Shown: positions 42,067 through 52,393, counted from the first letter of the stretch. The stretch: DNA of 64,000 nucleotides from an uncultured Verrucomicrobiae bacterium (GCA_963801815.1 CAWDGJ010000001.1:32001-96000), one strand, 5' to 3'. Notes: a model not told the origin generated them from the letters alone. Numbers and translations are program-made.

Positions 42067-43861
42067 ATGGCGAACGCCGGCGCGAAAATCGAAGACTACG
42101 CTTTTCTGAGCGATACCCAGACTGGCGCGCTCGTCAGTCGCGACGGGTGCGTGGATTGGCTTTGCTTTCCGCGCTTTGATTCGGGCGCGTGCTTTGCGTC
42201 GTTGTTAGGCAAGCGCGAGAACGGTCACTGGCGATTTTTTCCGCAGCGAAAAGATCGACAAATTGCGGCGCCGATATCGCGGAGACACTCTGATTCTGGA
42301 AACTGAAATCGAGACGACGAGTGGTGCAGTGCGTCTGATCGATTTCATGCCGCCGCGCGGGAGAAATCCCGACCTCATTCGAATTGTTGAAGGATTGCGC
42401 GGCGAAGTCGCGTTGCAAATGGAACTGATCATCCGGTTCGATTACGGGCACGTTGTGCCGTGGGTGCGGAAGCGTCACGGCGGATTGGAAGCAATCGCGG
42501 GTCCCAACGGTTTGATTTTGCGAACGCCGATCAAGACGCACGGCAAAGATTTGACCACGGTTGCGGAATTTACAGTTAAAAAAGGGGAGCGCGTTCCATT
42601 CGTTCTCACCTGGTTCGAATCGCAAGAGGAACCGCCAAAGCCGGTCACCGCCGATCACGCGCTACGCGACACGGAAGAATTTTGGATGCACTGGTCGAAA
42701 CAGTGTCATCGGAAGACTTTGTGGGATGACGCAGTGTCACGGTCGCTGGTGATTCTCAAAGGATTAACTTATGCGCCAACCGGCGGCCTGGTTGCGGCGG
42801 CGACGACTTCGCTCCCTGAAGAAATCGGCGGCGTCCGAAACTGGGACTATCGCTATTGCTGGCTGCGCGATGCAACGTTCACCCTGATGGCGTTCATGAA
42901 CGCCGGCTACAAGGAGGAGGCCAGGCAATGGCGAGAATGGCTGTTGCGCGCAATCGCAGGCGAGCCTTCGCAAATGCAAATTATGTACGGCGTCCATGGC
43001 GAACGCCGTCTCGAAGAGTTCGAGGTGCCGTGGCTGGATGGTTACGAAAACTCAAAGCCGGTGCGAATTGGCAACGCGGCTTCGCAGCAATTTCAGATCG
43101 ATGTCTATGGTGAAGTCCTGGCGGCGATGCATCGCGCGCAGGTCGAGGGGATTCAAAATGACGAAAGCGATTGGGCGTTGCAGGAAGGTCTGATGAAATT
43201 CCTGGAATCCAACTGGCAGAAACCCGACCACGGGATTTGGGAAGTCCGCGGTGAGCCGCGGCACTTTACCCACTCAAAGATGATGGCATGGCTGGCGTTC
43301 GATCGCGCAATCAAACTGGCGGAAGCCTGCAATTGCGGGGCCAGCGAAGACATTGATCGCTGGAGTAAAATTCGCGAACAGATCCATAGCGAAGTGTGCG
43401 ACCGCGGCTACAACTCCACCAAGAAAGCGTTCACCCAATATTACGGAACTGACGCCCTGGACGCGAGTATGCTCATCATGCCGCTGATTTCGTTTTTGCC
43501 GGCGAGCGATCCGCGCGTGATCGGTACGGTCGACGCGATCCAGCGCGAGCTCGTGCAGGACGGTTTCGTGCTTCGCTACCTGCCGGAGCAGAAACACGTC
43601 GATGGTTTGCCGGGAACTGAGGGCGTCTTTCTCCCGTGCTCGTTCTGGCTGGCAGATTGTCTGCATCTGATCGGCCGAAAAAAGGAAGCGCGGGAATTGT
43701 TTGAGCGCCTGCTGGGGGTGCAGAACGATCTCGGTTTACTTTCGGAGGAATACAGCCCGGCGTTAAAGCGGCAACTTGGAAATTTTCCGCAGGCGTTCTC
43801 GCACGTTTCGCTGGTGAATGCCGCGCTTCTGCTAAGTGATCAACATCCTTCGATCGGCTAG
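42067..43861 (+). CDS. Glycoside hydrolase family 15 (glucoamylase/trehalase-like); frameshift ~42240
   Basis: IEDYA...DWLCFPRFDS, TTSLPEEIGGVRNWDYRYCWLRD, GIWEVRG, GNFPQAFSH. Confidence 0.92.
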
Positions 43862-44856
43862 CCAATCGAAGCGGGAGTTTTGGACGAATTCGAGGGGTAA
43901 CGAACAGGCGACGGTTTCTTGCCGTTGCGCGTTGGCAAATCCGGGTCAAGGAAGCCGAGTGCATGAGGCGGCTTGATCACGCGCACACCGACGGCGCGTT
44001 GTTGTTCTACAATTTGGTCGCGGAATGCCTGCATTCGCGTCCAATGAACTTTCGGCCGGAAATGGTGCTCGGCGTGGTAGCCGTTAAAAAACCAGATCCA
44101 ATTGTAGAGCTTTTCGTAACTGCTCACGCCCCAGGCCATCGGTTCGTCGGGATTCCCGCCGTAATGACGGTAATACCCGTTAAGGTAGGACAGACAGTGG
44201 CCGAAATACCAAAACGGCAGCAGGAAACAGATGTAGTGCCAGTTGAGAATCCCGAGCGCGATAAAATTGCAAACGAAGAACGTTAATTCCGTGATTCCCC
44301 AAAACGCTTCGCGTCCACTTTTTCGTTTTAACTCGCGGTAAACGGTCTTCGGGTCCTCCCGAAAGAAGCTGAGAAACGTGTAGCTCAATGCGGATTCGGC
44401 TTCACCGTCGTCTCCGTGTTTGTAGATCGAGATCCAATCGATCGTTTCTCCGGATTCATCGGGCCGATCGGCATTGCCCTTATGATGTTGCAGGTGGATG
44501 CACTCGTAAAACACCTGGCTGAATCCGACGGTGATCGATTCAAGAATGCTGAACAACCGGTTGAGCAGGGGCCAACGGAAGTAGGGATTGTGGATGAAGT
44601 TGTGGGAGATGCCGTTGATGTTCCAGGAAATGCTCACCGAATAGATGAACCCAAGAATGAGCATGACCCAGAGAGGCGCCCGCGGGAAAAGGTAGAACAT
44701 TCCGTAGAAGTACGCGCAATGGAGAAGCGCAGCGGCAACCGGGACAATGTCCCAACGGGTGTAGGCGAAAATCTTCGAATCGGTCTGCAATCGTTCCGAA
44801 GCGACGTCTTTCGCTTTCGGTAGCACGGCCACCGCAACCTCAGTTTGGGTCGTCAT
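43858..44856 (-). CDS. Membrane fatty-acid desaturase family protein
   Basis: His boxes HNFIH, HLQHH and NGYHAEHH; TM segments. Confidence 0.9.
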   Translation of the reverse strand: MTTQTEVAVAVLPKAKDVASERLQTDSKIFAYTRWDIVPVAAALLHCAYFYGMFYLFPRAPLWVMLILGFIYSVSISWNINGISHNFIHNPYFRWPLLNRLFSILESITVGFSQVFYECIHLQHHKGNADRPDESGETIDWISIYKHGDDGEAESALSYTFLSFFREDPKTVYRELKRKSGREAFWGITELTFFVCNFIALGILNWHYICFLLPFWYFGHCLSYLNGYYRHYGGNPDEPMAWGVSSYEKLYNWIWFFNGYHAEHHFRPKVHWTRMQAFRDQIVEQQRAVGVRVIKPPHALGFLDPDLPTRNGKKPSPVRYPSNSSKTPASIG

Positions 44857-44978
44857 TCAGGGATGGATAAAACCAAGAGCGAATCCGCTCGTTGTCAATT
44901 CTCTTGACGGAAATCGTCCGACAAAATGACCAACGAGGCAATTGGACGAAAGTCCCACATCGCGAGGCCGAAAAGGGG

Positions 44979-45152
44979 TCAGGCCTGGGTGTGACGCGCG
45001 TAGTGACGATCGACTCCCTTTGGCAGGAGGCGTTTTCGGCCTCGTTGGCGACGTCGCGCGAGCGTGGCACGACCGCCTTTGGTTCGCATCCGGGCACGGA
45101 AACCGTGCTGGCGTTTGCGAGTTCTCTTCGAGGGCTGGTAAGTGCGTTTCAT
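44979..45152 (-). CDS. rpmH: 50S ribosomal protein L34 with C-terminal extension (not in ORF track)
   Basis: [57 protein letters not shown]. Confidence 0.96.
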   Translation of the reverse strand: MKRTYQPSKRTRKRQHGFRARMRTKGGRATLARRRQRGRKRLLPKGVDRHYARHTQA

Positions 45153-45191
45153 AAGGCCGAAAAATACGCTCGGCGCGAATTGAGAGCGGTT

Positions 45192-45219
45192 ACCTTAGGA
45201 TGGAGCAGGGGATTGTCAA
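45192..45219 (-). promoter_or_regulatory. Putative sigma70 promoter of rpmH
   Basis: TTGACA-16 bp-TAAGGT on the - strand. Confidence 0.5.
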
Positions 45220-45308
45220 CGTATCGCCACGGGATATCGGCCTTCCGATTGGCGGACCAGGGCTTCGATTCGCAGGTTGCCAGCGCGCACGATTTCTGCG
45301 AATAAGCA

Positions 45309-45815
45309 ATGCAAAGCAAATTCACGGTGAGCGAAAAAGTAGTCATTGAGCCGGCTACCGAGGCGGATTTGGACGAGTTGTCCGAGATGCTCGGCGATCT
45401 GTTCGCGCAGGAAGGCGATTTTCGGCCGGACAAGGACAGACAGCTTCGCGGCTTGCGATTGATTTTCGAACAACCCAGCCGCGGGCGCGTGTTCGTGCTT
45501 CGTCGCGACGGGGTGATCGTCGGCATGATCAATTTGCTTTTCACGATCAGCACCGCCGAAGGCGGCTTCGTGATTTTGCTTGAAGATTTGGTGGTGCAGA
45601 AAAAATTCCAGGGCCACGGCTACGGCGCAATGTTGCTCAAGCATGCCATTGAATTCGCGCGCCAGAAGAATTTCCTCCGCATCACGCTGTTGACCGATCG
45701 TCCTGAAAACGTGGCCCAGGAATTTTTCCGGCGTCATGGTTTCCACGAATCGACGATGATTCCGATGCGGCTATTGATCACCCCTGAGCCGGACCAATCG
45801 CAATCGAATTTGTAA
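45309..45815 (+). CDS. GNAT-family N-acetyltransferase
   Basis: LEDLVV...FQGHGYG...AQEFFRRHGF. Confidence 0.9.
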   Translation: MQSKFTVSEKVVIEPATEADLDELSEMLGDLFAQEGDFRPDKDRQLRGLRLIFEQPSRGRVFVLRRDGVIVGMINLLFTISTAEGGFVILLEDLVVQKKFQGHGYGAMLLKHAIEFARQKNFLRITLLTDRPENVAQEFFRRHGFHESTMIPMRLLITPEPDQSQSNL

Positions 45816-45828
45816 CCGCCGTTCTTAG

Positions 45829-46369
45829 TTACGGAAGAAGGCGGTGAATCGCCCGCCGCAAACGATGCCAGCCGGCGACAATTGGATTAGCCGGCTGCAC
45901 CTGCCGGTGTCGATGCGTTGCCGGTTGATCGTCCTTTACTACCAGGACCAATAAAAGTTGGCCGTTGCCGACTTGCGGACCTTTAATTACCAACGGGCTG
46001 CTGCGGCTCAGGTTCGCGTCCGTTTCGAGCAAAACATCTTTCTCCTTGTAGAGCTTGAGGTTCAAATTGTAACCCGCATCGTTTTCGCCGCGGGCATCGC
46101 ATTGCAGGGAAAAATACTTGCTCGTATGCGAGCCAATCTTCCTCACCGGTCCGGAGGGTTTTATTCGATTGCCCAATTACTTCGAATTGGTTGTAGCCGA
46201 ACAAATCTTTCAGCGTTTGTTCGAACTTGTTCAGCTCCGGAGGGATTGCCGCCGGCTGCGGTACATTTTCGGCGATCACGAGTCCACTCCAAACGGCGTG
46301 GGCCGCGTCAGCCGACACCAAGCCCACTGCCAACATCACCACCACTGCGATAAGCAGGGGCCTCAGCAT
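45829..46369 (-). CDS. Exported hypothetical protein, third gene of the ECF operon (frameshift ~46125)
   Basis: Signal peptide in 45983-46369 ORF continues into the 45829-46176 frame. Confidence 0.6.
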
Positions 46370-46376
46370 TTTAAAT

Positions 46377-46895
46377 CTATTTCGCTGCGTAGTCGGACGG
46401 AAGCGATTGGAGTCCTTCGGTCCACAGCACCGTTACCTTGTTATCGTTCTTGCTTTCGAAGATCGAGATCGTGGCGTTCGGATTTGCCGCCGGATCAACC
46501 CGCGAATTCAGAATTTGCGTCAGATATTCCGACTGTTCACCCGGTTGATTCTGGCGGAGGATCGCCACGGCGCAGACTAAAAACAACACCAGCGCGGTCG
46601 CTCCCGACCAAACCAGTCGCGGAATTGTCCACCAGGTCGATCCTGCGCTGCCGCGCGAACGGTCCTCGGTTGTTTCTCGCGCGATACGGTCGCGAAGTTG
46701 ATGACTGAAGAACTCCTCGTTGCTCAAAGCCTGGGCTCCGAGCTCTTTCTTCAAGAATGCACCGAGCTTTTGGGCGTCGCGCTTTTCTGCTTCTGCCGTT
46801 GCCAAGTCCGGCAACGACGCTTCGAATTCAGTTAATTCCCGGCCGCTCAATTGGCCGTCGAGCCAGGCAGTCCATTTTTCTTCAAACGTTTTCAT
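46377..46895 (-). CDS. Membrane-anchored anti-sigma factor
   Basis: TAWLDGQLSGRELTEFE N-terminus, single TM, overlaps sigma gene. Confidence 0.75.
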   Translation of the reverse strand: MKTFEEKWTAWLDGQLSGRELTEFEASLPDLATAEAEKRDAQKLGAFLKKELGAQALSNEEFFSHQLRDRIARETTEDRSRGSAGSTWWTIPRLVWSGATALVLFLVCAVAILRQNQPGEQSEYLTQILNSRVDPAANPNATISIFESKNDNKVTVLWTEGLQSLPSDYAAK

Positions 46896-47493
46896 ACACG
46901 TCCTTCAGGGTGTTTTGCAATTTCTTGCGGGCATAAAACAGACGCGACATCACGGTGCCGATGGAGCAACCGAGGCTCTCAGCGATCTCGTGATATTGCA
47001 TCTCTTCAATTTCTTTCATCAAAATTACCGCGCGATGTTCGGGCGAAAGCTGCGCGATCGCCTGGTCGATCCGCGCCCGGATTTCGCTTCGCTCCATCTG
47101 TTGATGCGGAAGCGGATCCGCTTTCGGCACGGTCTTGGACGCAGGATCGATCTCCTTGAGTTGAATCGCGTCATCGAACTCCGCTCCGCCAGCTTTGATT
47201 TGTTTTTTTCGCAACCAGTCGATGGTCACGTTCATCACGATTCGGTAAATCCAGGTGTAAAACGACGATTTGCCGCGAAAACGCCCGATCGATTTCCAGG
47301 CTTTGACAAAGCTGTCCTGCGCCAGGTCCCAGGCGTCCTGCTCGTTGTGGACCATGTTGTAAATCATAGCGAATACTCGTGTTCGGTAGCGGGTCACCAG
47401 CTGGTCGAATGCCTCGGAATCACCGGCCTGGCACTGTTTCACCAGGTCCAGTTCCGACACATCGGCTTGGGCCGGAGTCGCTTCCGTTTGCAT
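46882..47493 (-). CDS. ECF RNA polymerase sigma factor (RpoE-like)
   Basis: DAWDLAQDSFVKAW, SSFYTWIYRI, YHEIAE...GTVMSRLFYAR. Confidence 0.95.
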   Translation of the reverse strand: MQTEATPAQADVSELDLVKQCQAGDSEAFDQLVTRYRTRVFAMIYNMVHNEQDAWDLAQDSFVKAWKSIGRFRGKSSFYTWIYRIVMNVTIDWLRKKQIKAGGAEFDDAIQLKEIDPASKTVPKADPLPHQQMERSEIRARIDQAIAQLSPEHRAVILMKEIEEMQYHEIAESLGCSIGTVMSRLFYARKKLQNTLKDVYENV

Positions 47494-47521
47494 ATTTCGA
47501 CGGAACTGGCGCCTATTTCAT

Positions 47522-48187
47522 TCAACTCCGATAACCTTCGGAGCCGAAGCGGCGTCGCCATTCGCCGCGGTATTCGCCCATTAGGGTGATGATGCCGTCA
47601 CGCACCTGAAAAAGTCGTTGCTGGAGAACGGAATACTGACGGGCGCCAATCAGCTTCTCCGACACCAATTTTGCTCGCCGAATCCAACGAGATCGTGATC
47701 GCCTTTAGCGCCCGTTTCAGATACGCGATCGTCATTCCGAGTTCGTCGACGTCGTCATCGCTTAACGCCGCCGCGAGTTTGGCACTGGCCAGTGCTGCGT
47801 GGGTGGCCAACTTAATCGCCGCCGGTTCATTCTGGAGAGACGCGTTTTGGTCGAACAGCTTGTCGATCCAAACCGTCAGCGCGAAGGCGGCACGGTAAAG
47901 GACGTGGTCTTCGAACGATTCGGTTGGCCTTTCGGCTTCCGCAACGCCTTCGTCCTGCCCTCGCCAATCTTCGTCCAGCAGCGCGTCGACTTTGGCGCTC
48001 CAGTCGTCCGCGTCGAGGACTGCGTCCAACCCATTTCGCGCGCGATGATTTCGTCGCGGTTCGGATCATCAATGTATTTCTCCAGCAGCTCCATGTACTT
48101 CTCGGTCCGCTGGTCCTGCTGTTGAAGGAACCGTTCCCAGTCGTATTCGTCCCAAATCCCTTCCGGTCTCCGATCGAAGTCGGACAT
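47522..48187 (-). CDS. Hypothetical acidic helical protein (2 frameshifts)
   Basis: MSDFD...WDEYDWERFL...; joins ORF 47598-48029 and tail LFQVRDGIITLMGEYRGEWRRRF. Confidence 0.6.
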
Positions 48188-48237
48188 GGGATGACTAAAC
48201 GCCAGCTTGAGTGCGGGCGCAAAAGAATTTCCGCGAT

Positions 48238-49320
48238 CTACGAAGTCGTAGATTGTAGTTCGCGTTTGGTTTGCAAACGCAACTGTCCGCAGGCCGCCTC
48301 AATGTCGTGTCCTTTTTCACGGCGAAGGGTGGCGGCAACTCCGCTGGCCCGGAGAATCGAGAGAAATTGCTCCTGTTGTTCTGGTGACGGTCGCGACCAT
48401 GGCAGTCCGTGAACGGTGTTATAGGGGATTAAATTTACTTTTGCTTCGAGGCGGCGCGCAATTCGGCCTAGATGTCGCGCTTGGTCCGGCGAATCATTGA
48501 CGTTCGCGATCAAGATGTATTCAAACGTGAGCCGCTGTTTCTTGTGCTTGGCGTAGTAATCGCAGGCTGCCAGCAGCGTTTCCAAATTGTAACGCCGATT
48601 GATCGGCATGATTTGATTACGCACGTCGTCAGTTGCGCCATGCAACGAGATGGCCAGCCGGATTTGAAGTTTCTCGTCGGCCAATTGACGAATTTGTGGC
48701 GCCAAACCACTCGTCGAAACCGTGATGTGCCGTGCCCCAATCCCGAGCCCCCACGGCGCATTGATGATTCGGATGGCCCGAATCACATTGTCGAGGTTCG
48801 CCAGCGGCTCGCCCATTCCCATGAACACGATGTTGTCGATCTTTTCTCCGCTCTCGCGCTCAATTGCGATGACTTGATCGACGATTTCGTTTGGCTTGAG
48901 GTTCCGGCTGAATCCTTCAAGGCCGCTCGCGCAAAATTTGCAGCCGTAGGCGCACCCAACCTGCGTTGACACGCAGATCGTTCGCCGGTCGGATCGCGAT
49001 CCGTAAAGCGCCGGTGAAGCCGGGATCAAAACCGTTTCGATCAAACTTTCATCGCTCAGTCGAAACAGAAACTTGCGCGTCGTGTCATGGGACCCGAGGG
49101 CGCGGACAATGTCGGTCTTGCTGAACTCGAACTGCTCCGCCAGTCGAGCGCGGAATTCGCGCGGCAGATCGGTCATTTCGTCGAACGATTGGACGCGCTT
49201 TTGATACAGCCAGTCGGCGATCTGGCGCGCGCGATAACGCGGTTCGCCAAGGTCATGGGCGATTTCCTCCAGCTCGCCGAACTGGAGCGATTTGATATCG
49301 GTCTTCGCGTCCTTGATCAC
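48238..49320 (-). CDS. rlmN: Dual-specificity RNA methyltransferase (radical SAM)
   Basis: CVSTQVGCAYGCKFC, MGMGEPL, AACGQL. Confidence 0.96.
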   Translation of the reverse strand: MIKDAKTDIKSLQFGELEEIAHDLGEPRYRARQIADWLYQKRVQSFDEMTDLPREFRARLAEQFEFSKTDIVRALGSHDTTRKFLFRLSDESLIETVLIPASPALYGSRSDRRTICVSTQVGCAYGCKFCASGLEGFSRNLKPNEIVDQVIAIERESGEKIDNIVFMGMGEPLANLDNVIRAIRIINAPWGLGIGARHITVSTSGLAPQIRQLADEKLQIRLAISLHGATDDVRNQIMPINRRYNLETLLAACDYYAKHKKQRLTFEYILIANVNDSPDQARHLGRIARRLEAKVNLIPYNTVHGLPWSRPSPEQQEQFLSILRASGVAATLRREKGHDIEAACGQLRLQTKRELQSTTS

Positions 49321-49418
49321 TTTGAAAGTTACGGGAATTACCCTTTTCCAGCAATCCCGCCGGCGATGCGATTTTTTGTGGAGAAATGTCGTGAGCTGAT
49401 TAAGGTTTCGCCTCGCTG

Positions 49419-49602
49419 ATGAAATACTTCTCGATGTTAGCGCATTCTCGCCGCCGTGGCTTGCCTGCTCAATGGTTGCGCCACTACCGACACAGCTTCT
49501 ACTTCAACCGGGGAAAAGGTTCCTGGCGAAGTAAAGAGTGACGAGGAAAGCCGGCTCCAGCCCGGTGCCGGCGCCGGACCAAACGCCAGCGTGAAATGGT
49601 GA
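49419..49602 (+). CDS. Small lipoprotein (1-nt frameshift in signal; not in ORF track)
   Basis: MKYFSMLA/ILAAVACLLNGC lipobox ...GAGPNASVKW*. Confidence 0.55.
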
Positions 49603-49636
49603 TTTGCCGTTTCAGCTGAACATTTGAATTGCGGCG

Positions 49637-50365
49637 ATGGCCAAATCGCGAACGCCGCTTACGATTGGCTGGGACGCCGCGCGCGCAAACGCGAAACCGG
49701 CACTCATCATTCAGGCGATCATGCTTGCGTTGGCGATCGCTTATTACACAAACCCGGCGACTTCGAATGCGCTTCGCAGTCTGGCAAAATTCAAGCAGGC
49801 TCACGGGCTTGTTTTTGTGATTGCCGCATCGGTCCTCGCCGGCGCGATCATTCCCGAGATCTTTTTGATTCTGTTTTTCCAACGAGGGCGACCACAGCGC
49901 GTAAACCTGCGCAATCTTGCGTTCACAATCCCGGTTTGGGGATTCGACGGTTCACTGGTGGATCTTCTTTATCGCGCGGAAGCGCATCTGCTGGGCGACG
50001 TCGCTGCGGCGCCGGTGGTGCTCGGGAAAATTTTGATCGATCAGTTTGGCTACAACGTTTTTTTTGCCGCGCCATTCGGTGTTCTAACCTACGAGTGGAA
50101 AAACAGCGGCATTTCGCTGCAACCTGTGCGCGACCTCTTCACCTGGCGGCATTACCGCGACAAAATCTTTCCGACGCTGCTTGCCACCTGGGCGGTTTGG
50201 ATTCCGCTAATGGCGATCATTTATTCGTTGCCGCTCGTGCTCCAGTTCCCGCTTTTCGGCCTGGCGCTTTCGTTCTGGGTGCTGCTGCTGACCTACATGA
50301 CGAACCGCTTCGCCGGAAAAGTCGAAGCCGATGCGCCGATTGCGCTGGCGACGATGAAATTGTAG
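49637..50365 (+). CDS. Mpv17/PMP22-like membrane protein
   Basis: KILIDQFGY...W..WIP...LP...W...L pattern; multiple TM segments. Confidence 0.65.
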   Translation: MAKSRTPLTIGWDAARANAKPALIIQAIMLALAIAYYTNPATSNALRSLAKFKQAHGLVFVIAASVLAGAIIPEIFLILFFQRGRPQRVNLRNLAFTIPVWGFDGSLVDLLYRAEAHLLGDVAAAPVVLGKILIDQFGYNVFFAAPFGVLTYEWKNSGISLQPVRDLFTWRHYRDKIFPTLLATWAVWIPLMAIIYSLPLVLQFPLFGLALSFWVLLLTYMTNRFAGKVEADAPIALATMKL

Positions 50366-50412
50366 CGGCGGTCTATGACCGCCGGCGGGCGATTGAGGTC
50401 AATCGCCCCTAC
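50362..50412. repeat. GTAG-type REP doublet
   Basis: GTAGCGGCGGTCTATGACCGCCG + GGGCGATTGAGGTCAATCGCCCCTAC. Confidence 0.7.
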
Positions 50413-50464
50413 CTAGGAAATGCTGCAGCGCTTCGCGCACGCCCGCGCGAAGTTCGCGCTTTCC

Positions 50465-50574
50465 GTTAACACCGCGCTTCAGCGCGGTGGGCGCGTCGTC
50501 ATTCGCGATGAGAAACCGTTTAAACGGTTTTCCGTTCCGGAAAGCCGAAATCACCGGGCTGAAGCCCGGTGTTA
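50465..50574. repeat. Triple-hairpin palindromic repeat (REP-like)
   Basis: TAACACCGCGCTTCAGCGCGGTG; AAACCGTTTAAACGGTTT; CACCGGGCTGAAGCCCGGTGTTA. Confidence 0.75.
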
Positions 50575-51352
50575 CCCCAGGAAATGTTCCAGCGCTTCGC
50601 GAACGCCGGCGCCATGTTCGCGTTTCGCGACGTAGCCGCCGGCGTTGCGCACTGCCGTTTTCACTTCTTCGATCGCGTTTGCCGGACACGCCGGCATCGC
50701 CGCGACTTCGCCGTTCAACATTGAGATGTCGTTATGATGATCGCCCGCGGCGAAAATATTTTCGCGCGGAACGTCGGTTAAGCGCGCCAGCTCGACCAGA
50801 GCGGCGCCTTTGTGATAATCCGCATGGCAAAATCGAAGGTAAATAGTGTTGCGCTGATAATGGAGCTTCGATTCCTGGTTGCACGCGTTTTCAATGAACT
50901 CAACAATGCGGTGCATCTCTTCCTCGTTTGCGGCGCGCAAACCCTCCAGTCCTTCGGTGTGATAAAGGAGCTGCGCCTTTGTTTTTTGGCTCACAAAATC
51001 AACCACCTCGGCGAGGACCGATTGAGACGACGGAAAACAATTCGGCGTGATCGCGCGCGCAGCGTTCGTTCCAATCGCCGAACGGCTCCCATTTCTCGCC
51101 GTTCGTTCCCGGGCGGAACACTTCGCGCTCAGTGGTAAGAATGAAATCCGGTCGAATTGGAAATTCAAAATCGGTAAGGCCGGATTCGAGCAACTCCACG
51201 GACCGTCCGGTGTTAATGGCCCAAATAGCGCCGTCCTTCTGCAGTTCGCGAATCAGGTCGACGCAATCGTGATCCAAAACCGGCTCGCTCACGTGTGAAA
51301 CCATCGTGCCGTCGAAATCGATACTGAGAAGTTTGATTCGCTCCAAGTTCAA
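50572..51352 (-). CDS. HAD-superfamily (Cof/IIB-like) hydrolase; frameshift ~51030
   Basis: SIDFDGT, INTGR, YHKGAAL, AAGDHHNDISML. Confidence 0.88.
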
Positions 51353-51410
51353 ACACTTAACTTAGGAATTGATTTGCCAAACGCAACGCGGGAAGCAGTT
51401 CCGCCTCGGA

Positions 51411-51538
51411 AAATTCGAAGTCCGAAACTCGAAATCCGAAACAATTTCGAAATCCAAATACTCAAACGGCGCGCGACCCTTTCTGACCATTTGGTCATTC
51501 GTACTTGTTTCGAGTTTCGATATTCGGATTTCGAATTT
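51411..51538. repeat. Inverted 7-mer-period repeat element
   Basis: AAATTCG-AAGTCCG-AAACTCG-AAATCCG-AAACAA ... TTGTTT-CGAGTTT-CGATATT-CGGATTT-CGAATTT. Confidence 0.85.
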
Positions 51539-51607
51539 ATGCATGAGTACGATCTAGATTAAGAGTAAGGTTGAGAGTAAGAGCAAGAACACGACCAAGA
51601 GTTTGAA

Positions 51608-51889
51608 ATGAAATCGGCCTACGAGTTGGCGATGGAGCGACTGGCAAAAAATCAGCCGATTGTCACCCTGACCGAAGACCAGAAGAAACAGCTCGCCGAG
51701 ATCGATTCCCAATTCAAAGCCCGGATCGCGGAGAAGGAGCTTTTCCTCAAAGGCGAGATCGCCAAGGTGCAGTCGGGAGGAAAATTCGAAGAAATCGAAT
51801 CACTTCAAAAACAGCTGACATCTGAAATCAGACGGTTACAGGAAGATTGCGAAGCGAAGAAAGAAAAACTCCGCGCGAGCTTCAAGTAG
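51608..51889 (+). CDS. Hypothetical coiled-coil protein
   Basis: MKSAYELAMERL...LTEDQKKQLAEID. Confidence 0.75.
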   Translation: MKSAYELAMERLAKNQPIVTLTEDQKKQLAEIDSQFKARIAEKELFLKGEIAKVQSGGKFEEIESLQKQLTSEIRRLQEDCEAKKEKLRASFK

Positions 51890-51980
51890 GGTGGATCGAG
51901 CGCTCCGCGCTCGATGCTAAAAGTGGGCGGCGGAGCCGCCATTTGTTTTAACATCGCCCGCGGAGCGGACGATTCACCTT
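51890..51980. repeat. GGTGGA-type REP doublet (family B)
   Basis: GGTGGATCGAGCGCTCCGCGCTCGATG ... CATCGCCCGCGGAGCGGACGATTCACC; also at 55878-55980 and a half copy at 53142-53171. Confidence 0.8.
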
Positions 51981-52011
51981 GCCGCAGAGCCACCTGCAGT
52001 TGGCCAAATGC

Positions 52012-52344
52012 TTAGGGCGTTTGTATAAACCCAATCAGATTGCCCTCTGCATCTTTTGCAGTTGCGACCAGTTTACCGCCCCCGACGTCTTTCGCTGCTT
52101 GCTGCGTTTGTCCGCCAGCATCGAGGACCTGCTGGAGACTGTTCTTGATATCGCTTACGTGCAAGAACGCCACCGGACCGGGCTGCTTGTTAGGAGTCAG
52201 GCCGATTTCTTGATCGCCGACCTTAAAGCCGACGTAATAGGGGCTGTCGACATATGGCTCGACGCCCAGAAGTTTCGTGTAGAGCGCCTTTGCTCGGGTC
52301 ATGTCGGTGGCTGAATAGAGGATCGTTTTGATACCTTGGTTCAT
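52012..52344 (-). CDS. VOC/glyoxalase-family protein (probable second cassette ORF)
   Basis: DMTRAKALY...DVGGGKLVATAKDAEGNLIG; starts just after the attC R' box. Confidence 0.88.
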   Translation of the reverse strand: MNQGIKTILYSATDMTRAKALYTKLLGVEPYVDSPYYVGFKVGDQEIGLTPNKQPGPVAFLHVSDIKNSLQQVLDAGGQTQQAAKDVGGGKLVATAKDAEGNLIGFIQTP

Positions 52345-52393
52345 TTGCGTGTTCCTGGCTTTATTCGTGTTTGTGTTGGAAATTAACGAAATC

